Under the pieces are notes generated by a model. That model was not told the DNA's origin, did no database searches, and saw only the letters and a list, made by a program, of their open reading frames with translations. From Chiloscyllium plagiosum (Eukaryota): a DNA stretch of 63,044 nucleotides. This document shows, in pieces, positions 49,785-60,575 of the stretch. A program made the translations under genes and the position numbers. The DNA lies in assembly GCF_004010195.1 (NCBI RefSeq), contig NC_057751.1, positions 5,259,069 to 5,322,112 on the forward strand, given 5' to 3'. The stretch's first letter is position 1. Every line of letters begins with the position of its first letter.

Positions 49785-50312
49785 GCAGCAAGTAACTCCC
49801 CTCCTGACGCCCCAAAGCCTGTCCACCATCTACAAGGCACAACTCAGGAGTGGGATGGAATACTTCCTACTTGCCTGGATGGGGGCAGCTCCAAAACAGG
49901 TCAAGAAGCTGTAAATAAATTCTGTTTTGTTTTACACTAAGTGGTTGGGCCAGCTGTATCCCTCCTGGAATATCCACTATACACCTGCTTAAAACAACTA
50001 GCAAGGTTAGAGTCCGGGCTACTTTCTTGCACCTCCTGATGCTACCATCCAGGACAAATCAGCCCATTTGATTGGCCCCACATCCATCACCATCCACTCC
50101 CTCCACCACCGACCCTCAGCAGTAGCAGCGTGTACCATCTACAAGATGCACTGCAGCAATTCACCAAAGTACCTCAGACAGCACCTTCCAAACCCACGCC
50201 CACTTCCATATAGAAGGGAAAGAGCAGCAGATACATGGGAACACCACCCTCTGCAAGTTCCTCTCCAAGCCACTCACCATCCTGACTTGGAAATATAATG
50301 CCATTCCTTCAG
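49785..50312 (+). mobile_element. CR1-clade LINE 3' fragment interrupted by a 138-bp templated insertion
   Basis: LTPQSLSTIYKAQLRSGMEYFLLAWMGAAP..KKL before the insertion; TIQDKSAHLIG..HSLHHRPSAVAACTIYKMHCSNSP after it. Confidence 0.75.
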
Positions 50313-51121
50313 TTCTTTAATAACACTATGGATCTCGTGGACTCTCCCAGATTAAGAAACCTCACCTGCACAAGGGAAAATAGGGATGTCCACTAAATGC
50401 ATGAATAAGTAAGAATACGTCTTTCATCTTGCTGTCTAATGCCTCGTTCACTGGGACATTACCTGGAGGTTATTGATGCTGCTTTGGATTGTGAAAGTAG
50501 CACTCTCTGATCACCTGATAACCATGGTGTCAGACCCAAAGCACAACATCTCTCCTGTCCTGCTGATCCAACTGGAGATTGTCCTGCGACACTTCAATTA
50601 ACAAATCTTCGGAAACGGCTGGTCAGGGGAAATGAAAGAGCAGCTGCTCGGAGAGCCTTTGCTAATGTGTGAGTGAGAGGAAAGGCTGCAATGTGAAGAG
50701 ATCCTGGTTTAGGGACACTTATATAGAAAACAATTCCAACAGGAGAAGGATGCATTGACAAGGAATACACAGCAAGAGGCATCATTCCAAGGTGTTTTGA
50801 AAGCTTACCAACTCATGGGCTTGACATCAAGCTGCCCAAGATACGCAGAAAATTCCCAGATAAAATCTGTCTTCTCATCCATACTGTCCTGTTGACTTTC
50901 TGCTTCATCTGAAAATGGACAATATTTGTGAGGCTAGGCTGGTGAAGTAGACAGGCAGGAGGCTGGAAGAACACAGCAAGCCAGGTAGCATCAGGAGGTG
51001 CAAGAAAGTAGCCCGGACTCTAACCTTGCTAGTTGTTTTAAGCAGGTGTATAGTGGATATTCCAGGAGGGATACAGCTGGCCCAACCACTTAGTGTAAAA
51101 CAAAACAGAATTTATTTACAG
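49909..51121. repeat. Perfect 138-bp inverted repeat (49909-50046 and 50984-51121), 937-bp spacer
   Basis: Base-by-base reverse-complement comparison shows no mismatch. Confidence 0.95.
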
Positions 51122-51581
51122 GCTACAGAATACTGAATAACTTAACCTATCTGAAAACACAACAGATAATCCCAACTTAATGATGCTGTTCCAAATACCT
51201 GCAACAATCCCCATTAATTTGGTACAAAAGGAAACATCAAACCCAAGGTCTTACAGGAGAGATAGAGAGAGAGAGAGAGAGAGGTGGCGGAGAGATACAG
51301 CATGGAACACCTTCTTCCATGGAGCTGTTCCTTCTAGATTTCCAACTAACAACTGACCCAGCAGCTCCAAACATCCAGAATGTTAAAACCCAAACCAAAC
51401 CAGAGAAAAGCTGAGCTGAGAGAACTGGCCACTCCCCTTTCATTGTACAAGTGTTTCTTTAAAAATTTGAAAGTTTCTTCAAGTCTATACACCCAGATGT
51501 TTTGGAATCTATGCATTTACAACCTCTCTGAAAAAAAACCCAAGGACAACCTGACCTTGTTAAAGGAACAGCATCGTCACA
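51001..51581 (-). mobile_element. Solo-LTR-like element, 3'-truncated
   Basis: Minus strand starts tgtgacgatgctgttcctttaa; contains aataaattctgttttg..cctggaatatccact as in the 14068 and 58435 copies. Confidence 0.7.
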
Positions 51582-51639
51582 TGATAGCAACTCATTCAGG
51601 TTGTACCCAGCACCTGTATTCACTGATCACTACCTCACC

Positions 51640-51838
51640 ATTCCACCCCTCTTTCCACCCAAAACCCTCCCCCCTCCTTTATCTGCAGCTCCCCCTCCAC
51701 CCAGCCCCAGTCCTGAAGAAGGGTTCCACCCTGAAACATTGACTTCTCCCCCTCCTGCTGCTGCCAGGCTTGCTGAGTTCTTCCAGCCTCCTGCTTGTCT
51801 ACCTTGGATTCCAGCATCTGCAGTCCTTTTTGTCTCTG
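51640..51838 (+). mobile_element. Penelope-like terminal repeat (family C); inverted partner at 50945-51000
   Basis: AGTC-CTGAAGA-AGGGT-TCC-ACCCT-GAAA-C-ATT-GACT; 51750-51802 is the reverse complement of about 50947-50998. Confidence 0.65.
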
Positions 51839-52614
51839 ACTGTGTCCATGAAGCAGCCAAGGCTGATCCTATTTCTAGAAGTTTCTAAACCCCCTCACAT
51901 TGGATTGATATTCGAGCTGAAGCTGAGAGAAATGATGTGTCCTCTGCTTCCAACTCCTTCTGGACAAAGGAAACCACTGAGCCATTCTGTTCAAATGGAC
52001 CAGGTCACCCTGCATTGGAAACTTAAATAGGGGAGTGAAAGCTGCAGGAACTTGCATCAACAATATTAAACAAAGAACAGCAGAGGCTGGGAGATCTGAA
52101 TCTCAGCCCTTCCTGATGGAGAGTAACCAGACTGGAAATGTTAACTCTTGTTTCCTTCTTACGGATGTTGCCAAACCTACTGACTTCTGTTTGGTAATTT
52201 TAGTCATCCTGGTCAGAGATGTTGTGATTCTCCTCTGGAACAGATAGGACGTGAACCAAGGCATCCTGCTTCAGAGGTAGGGACACTACCACTGCGCCAC
52301 TGTGACGGGGAGCAGTACCTGAAAAGCCTGATGTTGTCAAATGGCTGAAAGCGAGGTGGATTGGTGTTCAGCAAAAGCATGACTCCAAGTGAGCTGGCAG
52401 TCGACCTCAGGCTCCCTATTTCTGTCTCCAACCAGCCCATATTCTGCCTGAAAGGAAGGAAAATGATTGGGTTGGGCTGACTCAGGAGGCTGGGAGAGGA
52501 CATTGACCTTTGGAAGTTGCAACTCATTTCTGATACCTCTGGATTGACGGCAGCTCATCATTTCTCACCAGACTGCTCTCCTTCCCCATTTTCCTGTCTG
52601 TGGACTAACCAAGC

Positions 52615-52940
52615 ACAGATTCCCTAAAGTGTGGACACAGGCCCTTTAGCCCAAGTCCACAACGACCCTCCAAAGAGTAACCCACGCAGACCCTAATTTA
52701 CCCTTGACTAATGCACCTAACCGACACATCGCTGAACATGATGGACAATTTAGCGTGGCTAATTCACCCGAGCCTGCACATCTTTGGATTGTGGGAGGAA
52801 ACCGGAGCACCCGGAGGAAACCCACGCAGACACTGGGAGAAAGTGCAAACTCCACACAGTCAGTCGCCCGAGGCTGGAATTGAACCCAGATCCCTAGCGC
52901 TGTGAGGCAGCAGGACTAGCCACCAAGCCACCCTGCCCCA
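52615..52940 (-). mobile_element. HE1-like SINE
   Basis: Reverse-complement V-core and head. Confidence 0.85.
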
Positions 52941-53084
52941 ACTTTTGTTTAATCAACTGTATTATTCACCTAACCCACCCCAAGGATTCTGCTGCGCATT
53001 TATTTCCAAATTCGGAATCAGAAAACCTAGGGTTTGAGGAACATGAGATTAAAAACTGGAGGAAATGATGGTGGAAATCAGAAA

Positions 53085-53280
53085 CAAAGACAGAAAGGGC
53101 TGGAAAAGCTCAGCAAGTCTGGCAGCATCTATGGAGAGAATTCAGAGTTAACCTTTCAGGTCCAGTGACTGGGCTGGAGGCAGTTCCGAGGAAGGATAAC
53201 TGGACCTGAAACGTTAACTGTGATTTCTCTCCACAGATGCTGCCAGACTTGCTGAGCTTTTCCAGCCCTTTCTGTCTTTG
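53085..53280. mobile_element. Palindromic Penelope-like remnant (family D), 82-bp arms
   Basis: 53085-53166 vs 53199-53280 reverse complement, 4 mismatches. Confidence 0.75.
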
Positions 53281-53501
53281 CTTGGGGAACACTGTTTGCC
53301 CTACCTCAGCGAAGGGTGGTGGTGAATACAGACAGGGGTTAATTGAATGATGCCTGACTGTCCTGGCCTTAAGCTGGGGAGAGCAATCATGTTATAAATT
53401 CAGCTTGATTGCTCCTGGCTCCATGTCAAACTGGTCACCCGCTGATGTACCAGTTCCATTTCAGACATCCCTATGATCTGCCCCCTTTCTTTCTTCCTCA
53501 G

Positions 53502-53570
53502 GCAGACCGTTCACGAAGTCTGGGAGCGACGGTCTATTGCGTCGGTGTCAAAGACTTCAATGAAACCCAG
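53502..53570 (+). CDS. ANTXR1: ANTXR1-like exon 7 (69 nt)
   Basis: ttcctcag|GCA GAC...: ADRSRSLGATVYCVGVKDFNETQ; donor CAG|gtgggt. Confidence 0.97.
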
Positions 53571-53703
53571 GTGGGTGAGCAATGTTTCCATGCGAGCGAT
53601 ATGGACTGTTGCATGTGGACAGCAAGCACAGAGAAAAACACAGAGGCTTGGTGGGGGCTGCAGGGGTTCCTCAGCTCACTCAGTTGGCTGGCTGGTCATT
53701 GAC

Positions 53704-53803
53704 AACAGCGTGGGTCCTATTCTGAACAACGTGGGTCCAATTCTGAACAAAGTGGGTCCAATTCTGAACAGTGTGGGTCCAATTCTGAACAGTGTGGGTC
53801 CAA
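53704..53803. repeat. 21-bp minisatellite, about 5 copies (aacagtgtgggtccaattctg)
   Basis: Seen directly. Confidence 0.92.
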
Positions 53804-53921
53804 CTGAGGTGAGGTGACCATGTCAGAATTTCCCCCCTGCACCTCTCCACTCACCCGAGGCGATGGTAACCCTCAAATCCTACTAGTAGCAGTCATTGCC
53901 CGTCCCCACTCTCTCTTTCTT

Positions 53922-53957
<36 letters not shown>

Positions 53958-53999
53958 TCATGAGACAGTAACCCTATGGTGTGGTAAGACTGTGATAAG

Positions 54000-54275
54000 A
54001 TTTATTATTCTTACATGTACCTGAGTACAGTGAAAAGTTTTGTTTTGTGTGCAGTACAGACAGTGCTTGAGGTAATAGAACAGAGTGAGGAACACAGTGT
54101 TACAGTTGCAGTGTAAGTGTACAGAGAGCGAGGTCAACATGACATTGAAAATTTGGGAGATCCATTCAGTGTCCTAACAGCAGCAGGGAAGAGCTGTTCT
54201 GGAACTTGTTAGTATGTGTGTTTAAGCTTTTGTATCTTCTCCCTGATGGAAGGGGTTGGAAGAGATTATACCTGG
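54000..54275 (-). mobile_element. Rex1-like LINE 3' tail
   Basis: Homologous to 26360-26640 and 45800-46070. Confidence 0.6.
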
Positions 54276-55244
54276 GCTGGCTTTACCTTTCACCAGAGGG
54301 TAAGAAGACCCTAGATTGTAGCTTCTGTGTGGCTCGGACACTGTCACAATGGTTGAAGATCTTTGGTTTGTAATCCTGGCCCTTCTTTCCCTTCACGGTA
54401 TCAGGTTTGGCACTTTGATGGAGAGACATTCCATCCATAACCACCTGATAATTTGTTCCATTCAGCACTGGCTTGGAGTATGCTCTTTCACTTGAATTGG
54501 AAACAAACTCTTCAGTGAGACCGTCCCTCTCAGATGCACCAAGTGGTTTTACAGGTGGGCAGATGGGCAGATGGGAGGGCAGTGTTGTCCTATTGAGGTG
54601 GCTGGTGTTACTGAGTGCTGTGCACACACAGACTGAGACACTGGCCATTCCCTGCCTTGTGTTCGAACAAAAACCCAGTCCAACATTAGACCCGCGCTCA
54701 ACTTTGTTCACCCTTTCCAGAGTTCCACATTCCTGTGTGGTATCTGCTGCGAACCCAGTGTTTCAAGCCAACCAATGATCCCAGGTATTGATGGGAATGC
54801 AGATTGGCAGCTCAGCCGCTGACCTGCACTTCTGCTTCAAAAAAACAAAAGGCCTAATTCACAAAGCAGATGGGAAATCGAAGCAGGCATTCCGATGATT
54901 CCTTGAATTCAAGGAATTGAAACTTGGCCAGCTTTCAAACGTGGGGCTCCAGTGAAAGCTCCCCGACTGAACAAACACAGATTCGGGATCTTTGGAGAAA
55001 TGGTTCCACGTGGCCCTGGCGAGTGGATGGGGGAGGGGGTACCTGTCACTCAGTCTGTTCACACCCCTCCTCCTCTCCCCCACTCTCCTGCTCTGTGCAT
55101 CTTTCCCTGGCTTTTCACCCACTGCCCTTTCACGGGAGGTTGTGTCCCAACGGTACGTTCCGACGCTTTCCAGGATAACCTATAAGTCAGACGTGCTCCC
55201 TGTCACCAGTCGTGTGGATTAAAAGCTCACCGTGCTTCCAGTTT

Positions 55245-55655
55245 GAGCTGGCTGTTTTCCCTAGAGCGTCGGAGGCTTATCGAGGTTTATAAAACCATGA
55301 GGGGCATGGATAGGGTAAATAGACCAAGTCTTTTCCCGGGGGTGGGGGAGTCCAGAACTAGAGGGCACAGGTTTAGGGTGAGAGGGGAAAGATATAAAAG
55401 AAACCAAAGGGGCAACTTTTTCACGCAGAGGGTGGTACGTGTATGGAATGAGCTGCCAGAGGATGTGGTGGAGGCTGGTACAATTGCAACATTTAAAAGG
55501 CATTTGGATGGATAGAATGAATAGGAAGGGTTTGGAGGGATATGGGCCGGGTGCTGGCAGGTGGGACTACATTAGGTTTGGATATCTGGTCAGCATGGAC
55601 GGGTTGGACCAAAGGGTCTGTTTCTGTGCTGTCCAGTTCTATGACTCCATGACTC
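55245..55655 (+). mobile_element. CR1 LINE 3' end, young
   Basis: LFSLERRRLIEVYKTMRGMDRVNR..GNFFTQRVVRVWNELP; ctatgactccatgact tail. Confidence 0.9.
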
Positions 55656-55749
55656 AGCATTGCTTCACTCAGTGTGCATTGACAGAGACACTGCTGTCTG
55701 CTCAATGTGAGAACATACAGGGGAGGTGAAGGCTTCATGGTTTTGTCAC

Positions 55750-56052
55750 AGGACTGTTAATCCAGGGACACGGGCCATGTTCTGGGGAGCCAGGCTTGAG
55801 TCCTGCTATGGCAGATGGTGGATTTTCAATTCAATAAACAATCTGGAATGAAGGGTCTAATAATGACCATTGTTGACAGTTGGAAAACCCATCTGGTTCA
55901 ATCATGTCCTGTCGGGAAGGAAACTGCCATCCTTACCTGGTCTGGCCTACATGTGACTCCAGACCCACAGCAAGGTGGTTGCCTCTTAACTGCCCTCTGG
56001 GCCATTAGGGATGGGCAATATGTGTTGGCCCTCATCCCGTGAGTGAATAAAA
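55750..56052 (+). mobile_element. SINE family 2 copy
   Basis: Core ccttacctggtctggcctacatgtgactccagacccacagcaa; tail attagggatgggcaata..catcccgtgagtgaataaaa. Confidence 0.75.
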
Positions 56053-56106
56053 ACATGTCATATTTGGTGTATTGGAGAAGATTGTTTAGGATGGGCTCCC
56101 CTTACT

Positions 56107-56140
56107 ATCCTGAAGAAGGGCTTATGCCCGAAACGTCGAT
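56107..56140 (+). ncRNA. Putative minimal type-I hammerhead ribozyme (Penelope-associated)
   Basis: ATC-CTGAAGA-A-GGGC-TTAT-GCCC-GAAA-C-GTC-GAT: core CUGANGA/GAAA, GUC triplet, stems I and II paired, palindromic ACGT stem III. Activity is untested. Confidence 0.55.
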
Positions 56141-56234
56141 TCTCCTGTTCCCTGGATGCTGCCTGACCTGCTGCGCTTTTCCAGCAACACATTTTCAGCT
56201 CTGATCTCCAGCATCTGCAGACCTCACTTTCTCC
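56110..56234 (+). mobile_element. Young Penelope-like insertion (family A) with a 15-bp flanking direct repeat
   Basis: ctccccttactatcc at 56096-56110 and 56231-56245. Confidence 0.75.
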
Positions 56235-56724
56235 CCTTACTATCCCATTGACTAGTAAAGTCCCACCTTCCAACATGGGAATTAATAGGAGCAGGCCATT
56301 CAGCCCATCATACCTGCGCTGCCAGACCTTCAAGCTCAGCCCTTTCCCCTTCCTGACCCCTGACCTTTGGTGCCTGTAACGTTCGGAAAGAGCCGCTGCT
56401 GATTCTAGCCCGTCAGAGTTTCCCCTGACCTTGGCTGAGGAGAGGGTCTGTTAGCCTGGGAGGGGTCTGCGGTAAGGTTGGGTGCTTCAATCCAGTCACT
56501 AAGGAGTAGCATGAGTCCTAATGTTCCACGGCTTGACGGCCAAGGTCGGTGCTTTTGAGAAGCTGCAGCCTTCATTCTTCGGCCAAACCGAAGAGGAGGA
56601 CTATTTGCTGCTCCATAGTGCAGAGTTACACCCTCAGATAGCTCAGCACTTCCATGCTCTCCATTGGCTCCTTCTGCCTGGAGGACAGGAACTCTTCTCA
56701 TTCTGAGCAGCTGACTGGATCACG

Positions 56725-57195
56725 GGATTGTAACACTGCAGAATGAGGCCATTCGGCCCAATGTGCCTGCACCAGTTCTATTCCCTAGCACCAATGTCCT
56801 CCTTTCACCCCATCTCCCTGCACACCATTTCTACCTCAAATACCCACCCTGTGCCCCTCTTGATTGCCTGCACTGAAGCTGCCTCCAGCCCATTACCAGA
56901 CAGTGCCCTCCACACCCGAACTACTCACTGGGTGGGAAAGGGTCTATCCCCCATCACCCTCACTTCGGTTCCACCTCACTTTAAATCCATTCCCCTCCCG
57001 TTCTTGTTCCTTTCCCAAGTGGGAACGGTCTCTCCCTGTTTACTCTGTCCAGCCCGCTCCTGACTGTGAAAACCACAACCAGATCTCTGTCTCAGCCTTC
57101 CCCTCTCCCGGGAGAACATTCCCAACCTCTTCAGTCTATCCTCGTCGCTGGAGTTTCTCATCCCTGGGACGGTCCGTGTGAGTTGCTTCCACACT
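56725..57195 (-). mobile_element. CR1 LINE 3' fragment, decayed
   Basis: LTRTVPGMRNSSDEDRLKRLGMFSRERGRLR. Confidence 0.7.
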
Positions 57196-57339
57196 GATTA
57201 GCTCAACGTCAAACCTGCAAAAACATGACAACCTGACTCTCCTTTGGACAATGTAACTTTTCACTTCATAACATTAAATTTTCCTTTCAATCAGGGGGCA
57301 GGTATACCAATCACAAGATAAGACGAGAGGATACTCGAT

Positions 57340-58430
57340 GAATCACAGGATGAAACGAAGGCTGCTGTATCTGAATAAACATGGCATTTGAGGTGGTTGG
57401 TGTTGGACTGGGGTGGATAAGGTCAGAAGTCACACCACACCAAGGTTGATATGAAATTACAAAACTTTGGAGCATGGCAGCGCTCAGAAAGTATATGATT
57501 TCAAATCCATCAGTTGGTTGAAAACCTGGTGGCGTGTGATTTGTGACATTTGCAACAGTTTAGATGAGCCGCAAGTTGAAATCTAAGGAATAAGAATGAT
57601 CCAGGAGCAAAGACAGAGACATGCATGCAGGGTGACAGGGATGAGGAACTGCATATTTGGGACATTTTGGAAGGAGAGGGAAATGGTGGAGGGGTAGCTC
57701 TGTTCATTAATGCCAGCCCCAGAAAGAAGAATGACCTAAGTTCAGGAAACCAGCCTGTGGAAACAGTTCAATCGTGGCACAGAGTCACGTGAACAGTAAC
57801 TGTTCAGTAGGGTGGAGTCAAAATAATTGTAGTTTGGTTCAGAAATAATCATGGCAGGCTTCCAACAGTACATAGGCAAGAAAGATCAGATGCGGACAGA
57901 TGAACAGATGATAAGGAGGAGTTTCTGGAATGTTTTGTGACAGTTTTCAATAAGAGCATGTTCTGGAGCTGAGTGGATAGATCTGGGATGAGATGGGATT
58001 AATTCATGACCTCACAGTGAAAACATCCTGAGGTAGCAGCAATCACAAGATGATTGAATTTTACCTTGGGTTTGAGGGACAGAGGAGTGGGTCCCAGACT
58101 TTTCTTTAAAACTTGTGAAAAGGCAGTCGTGTGGGCATGGAAACAGGGCTGGCTGCAGTGAATTGGCCAATGAGGTTAAAAGATAGAATCCACAGAACAG
58201 ATCAGTTCTCTGTTGAAGGTGTCATTCAGAGAAGCTCTATCAGCTTGGGATGACAGTGTGGTTTCTGAGGAGAAATCAGACAGGCTGGTATCCATTGGAG
58301 TTTAAAAGAGTAAGGGGCGACTTGGTTGAAACAGATAAGATTTTGAGGGGTCTTAAGAGATTGCTGTTGGGAGAATGTTTCCTTCTGTGGGAGAATGTGG
58401 AACGAGGAATCACTGATTAAAAATGAGGGA
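57340..58430 (+). mobile_element. Highly decayed, internally deleted CR1 LINE with a nested family-B Penelope-like remnant (about 57390-57550)
   Basis: Endonuclease-like GNGGGVALFI and SSNHKMIEF remnants, followed by a CR1 RT C-terminal remnant. Confidence 0.55.
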
Positions 58431-58434
58431 GCAT

Positions 58435-58874
58435 CCTTCCTTTAAAAATCCAGTTTGGTTCAGTTTTAGCAAGCAGTCAGACACCTGCTGGGGACCGAGA
58501 GAAGCAGCTCCAGTGAAACAGGTTCCATGCTTCAGCAGATGTTTCTTGCCTGAGTTTTCTCTCTGAAATCTCTCCGGCCTGTAAGAACCTGTGTTTAAAT
58601 TTACCGTTTCCCAAGTGATGTTGCGGGGATTGGAAGACCTTTGTTAAGTTGTGATAGAATCGGTTGGGATTTCAAAGAAGTTAAGTTAGTCTGAATTCAG
58701 TTTTCTTTTGTTCATGTTTGAACTGTAGTGTGAAAATAAATTCTGGGTTGTTTAAGGCTGGGTGTTTGGGGCAACTGCATCCCTCCTGTGAATATCCACT
58801 GTACACCTGCCGAAAAGAAAATACCAAATTAGGGTTTTATAATGTTTTGAGGGGGTCTGGCCTGGTCCATGACA
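58435..58874 (+). mobile_element. Solo-LTR-like element, 5'-deleted
   Basis: Colinear with 14220-14616; ends ggcctggtccatgaca. Confidence 0.7.
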
Positions 58875-59179
58875 AACCAAACTGAATAGGAGCAGAAACC
58901 AAACCCCTGGAACCTCATGGGCTGTTCAATTAAACCCGGCCTAGTCTGTTTGGGTTTTGAATTCCAGATTCCTATCTAATTTGCTCTGACTCCCTGCCTC
59001 ATCAGATACTTTCGAATTCTGTCTTAAAACTATACAATGGCCCTGCCTGCACTCCCTTTGGAGGCAGAGAGTCCCAGAGTTGCAGAAGGAGAAAAAGGAA
59101 AACTCCTCATCTCTGTCCTGTCAGGGCAATCCCAAATTTATAAAACCATGCCTCCTCATTCTCGACTGACCCACAGATA

Positions 59180-59548
59180 CCAGCAGTGTGTACCATCTCC
59201 AAGATGCACTGCAGAAATTCACCCAAGATACTGAGACAACACCTTCCAAACCCTGACCACTTCCATCTAGAAGGACAAGTACAGCAGATACATGGGAACA
59301 CCACCCCCTACTAATTCCCCTCCCAGCCACTCACCATCCTGACTTGGAAACATATCACCGTTCCTTCACTGTCACTGGGTCCGAATCCTGGAATTCTCTC
59401 CCTAAGGGCATTGTGGGTCAGCCCACAGCACATAGACTGCAGCGGTTCTCGAAGGCAGCTCACCCCCACCTTCTCAAGGGGCAACTAGGGACAGGGTAAT
59501 AAATGCTGGACCCAGCCAGTGTGCTCCATGACCCATGAATGAATGAAG
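59180..59548 (+). mobile_element. CR1-clade LINE 3' end
   Basis: Homologous to 50120-50310 and 36030-36292; ends ataaatgctgg...cccatgaatgaatgaa. Confidence 0.75.
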
Positions 59549-59994
59549 ACACACAGTGTAGATTTCCTGTGTGCGTAGACATCTCAGGATCGCACGCACT
59601 CTGATCAGGTCACCTGCTACTCTGCGGAATCCCCCGTGGGAACAAGTTCAGCCCAATCCCAGTCCAAACTATTCTCACAGGACAACACGGATGATATTCC
59701 CGAGACTCGGTGTGCGGTGTTGGAAACACCGTTTTGCCATCCTCGCTGCTCGCCTGAGCTTGTCAGATCGAAAGCAAAACACAAAACATTTGTGAAGGCC
59801 AAAGGACTCAGGCAAGAGGGAGAGGCATGGAACTGGGAATCCGTTTGTGGAGTTGCTGAGCTATCCTGTGAACCAGGTTGAGAAATAGCAAGTATGGGAT
59901 TGAACTGGGATGACTTTCACAGTTGCCACACCCTAGCACCTCAGATCAAGGACTTGGTGATACAGAAGAGACTGCCGCTCTTTGTGAAATATTT

Positions 59995-60297
59995 CATCGA
60001 ATCCCTACAGGGTGGAGGGAAGCCATTCGACCCATCACCCACCCTCTCCCTGTCACCCTGCATTTCCCGTGGCTAACCCAGCACACCCCTGGACGCTATG
60101 GGTAATTTCCCATGGCCAATCCACCCCAACCTGCACACCTTTGGATTGTGGGAGGAAACCGGAGCACCCGGAGGAAACCCACACAGACACGGGAGAATGG
60201 GCAAATTCCACACAGACAGTTGCCCGAGGCTGGGATCGAACCTGGGACCCTGGTGTTGTGAGGCAGCAGTGCTAACCACTGAGCCACCATACCACCC
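59995..60297 (-). mobile_element. HE1-like SINE
   Basis: Reverse-complement V-core and head. Confidence 0.85.
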
Positions 60298-60494
60298 TTA
60301 CTTTTCATCTTTATTGATTGATAAACGTAATACAATGATTAGGAGATATTTAATATTGATGTTTTGATATGTATTTAATAACTGGGAAATAATGATGACA
60401 ATCATTTGTTTGTCTCCCCTTCTCTGACCTCCTACTCCAACCCTAATTGCCCCCACTGTCCCTTTGACCTTCCTGCCCCCTTCCCTGGATGTAG

Positions 60495-60575
60495 CTGGCT
60501 CGAATTGCAGATAGTAAAGACCACGTCTTCCCAGTAAATGACGGCTTTGAGGCTCTGCAAGGCATCATCGACTCG
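60495..60575 (+). CDS. ANTXR1: ANTXR1-like exon 8 (81 nt; end of VWA domain)
   Basis: gatgtag|CTG GCT CGA...: [27 protein letters not shown]; donor TCG|gtgagt. Confidence 0.97.

Noticed and set aside
52215..52300. tRNA-like sequence on the minus strand (gtggcgcagtggtagtgtccct...ggttcacgtcc); also the heads of HE1 copies
   Set aside because: No complete cloverleaf; these are SINE heads, with a decayed relative near 20540-20630.
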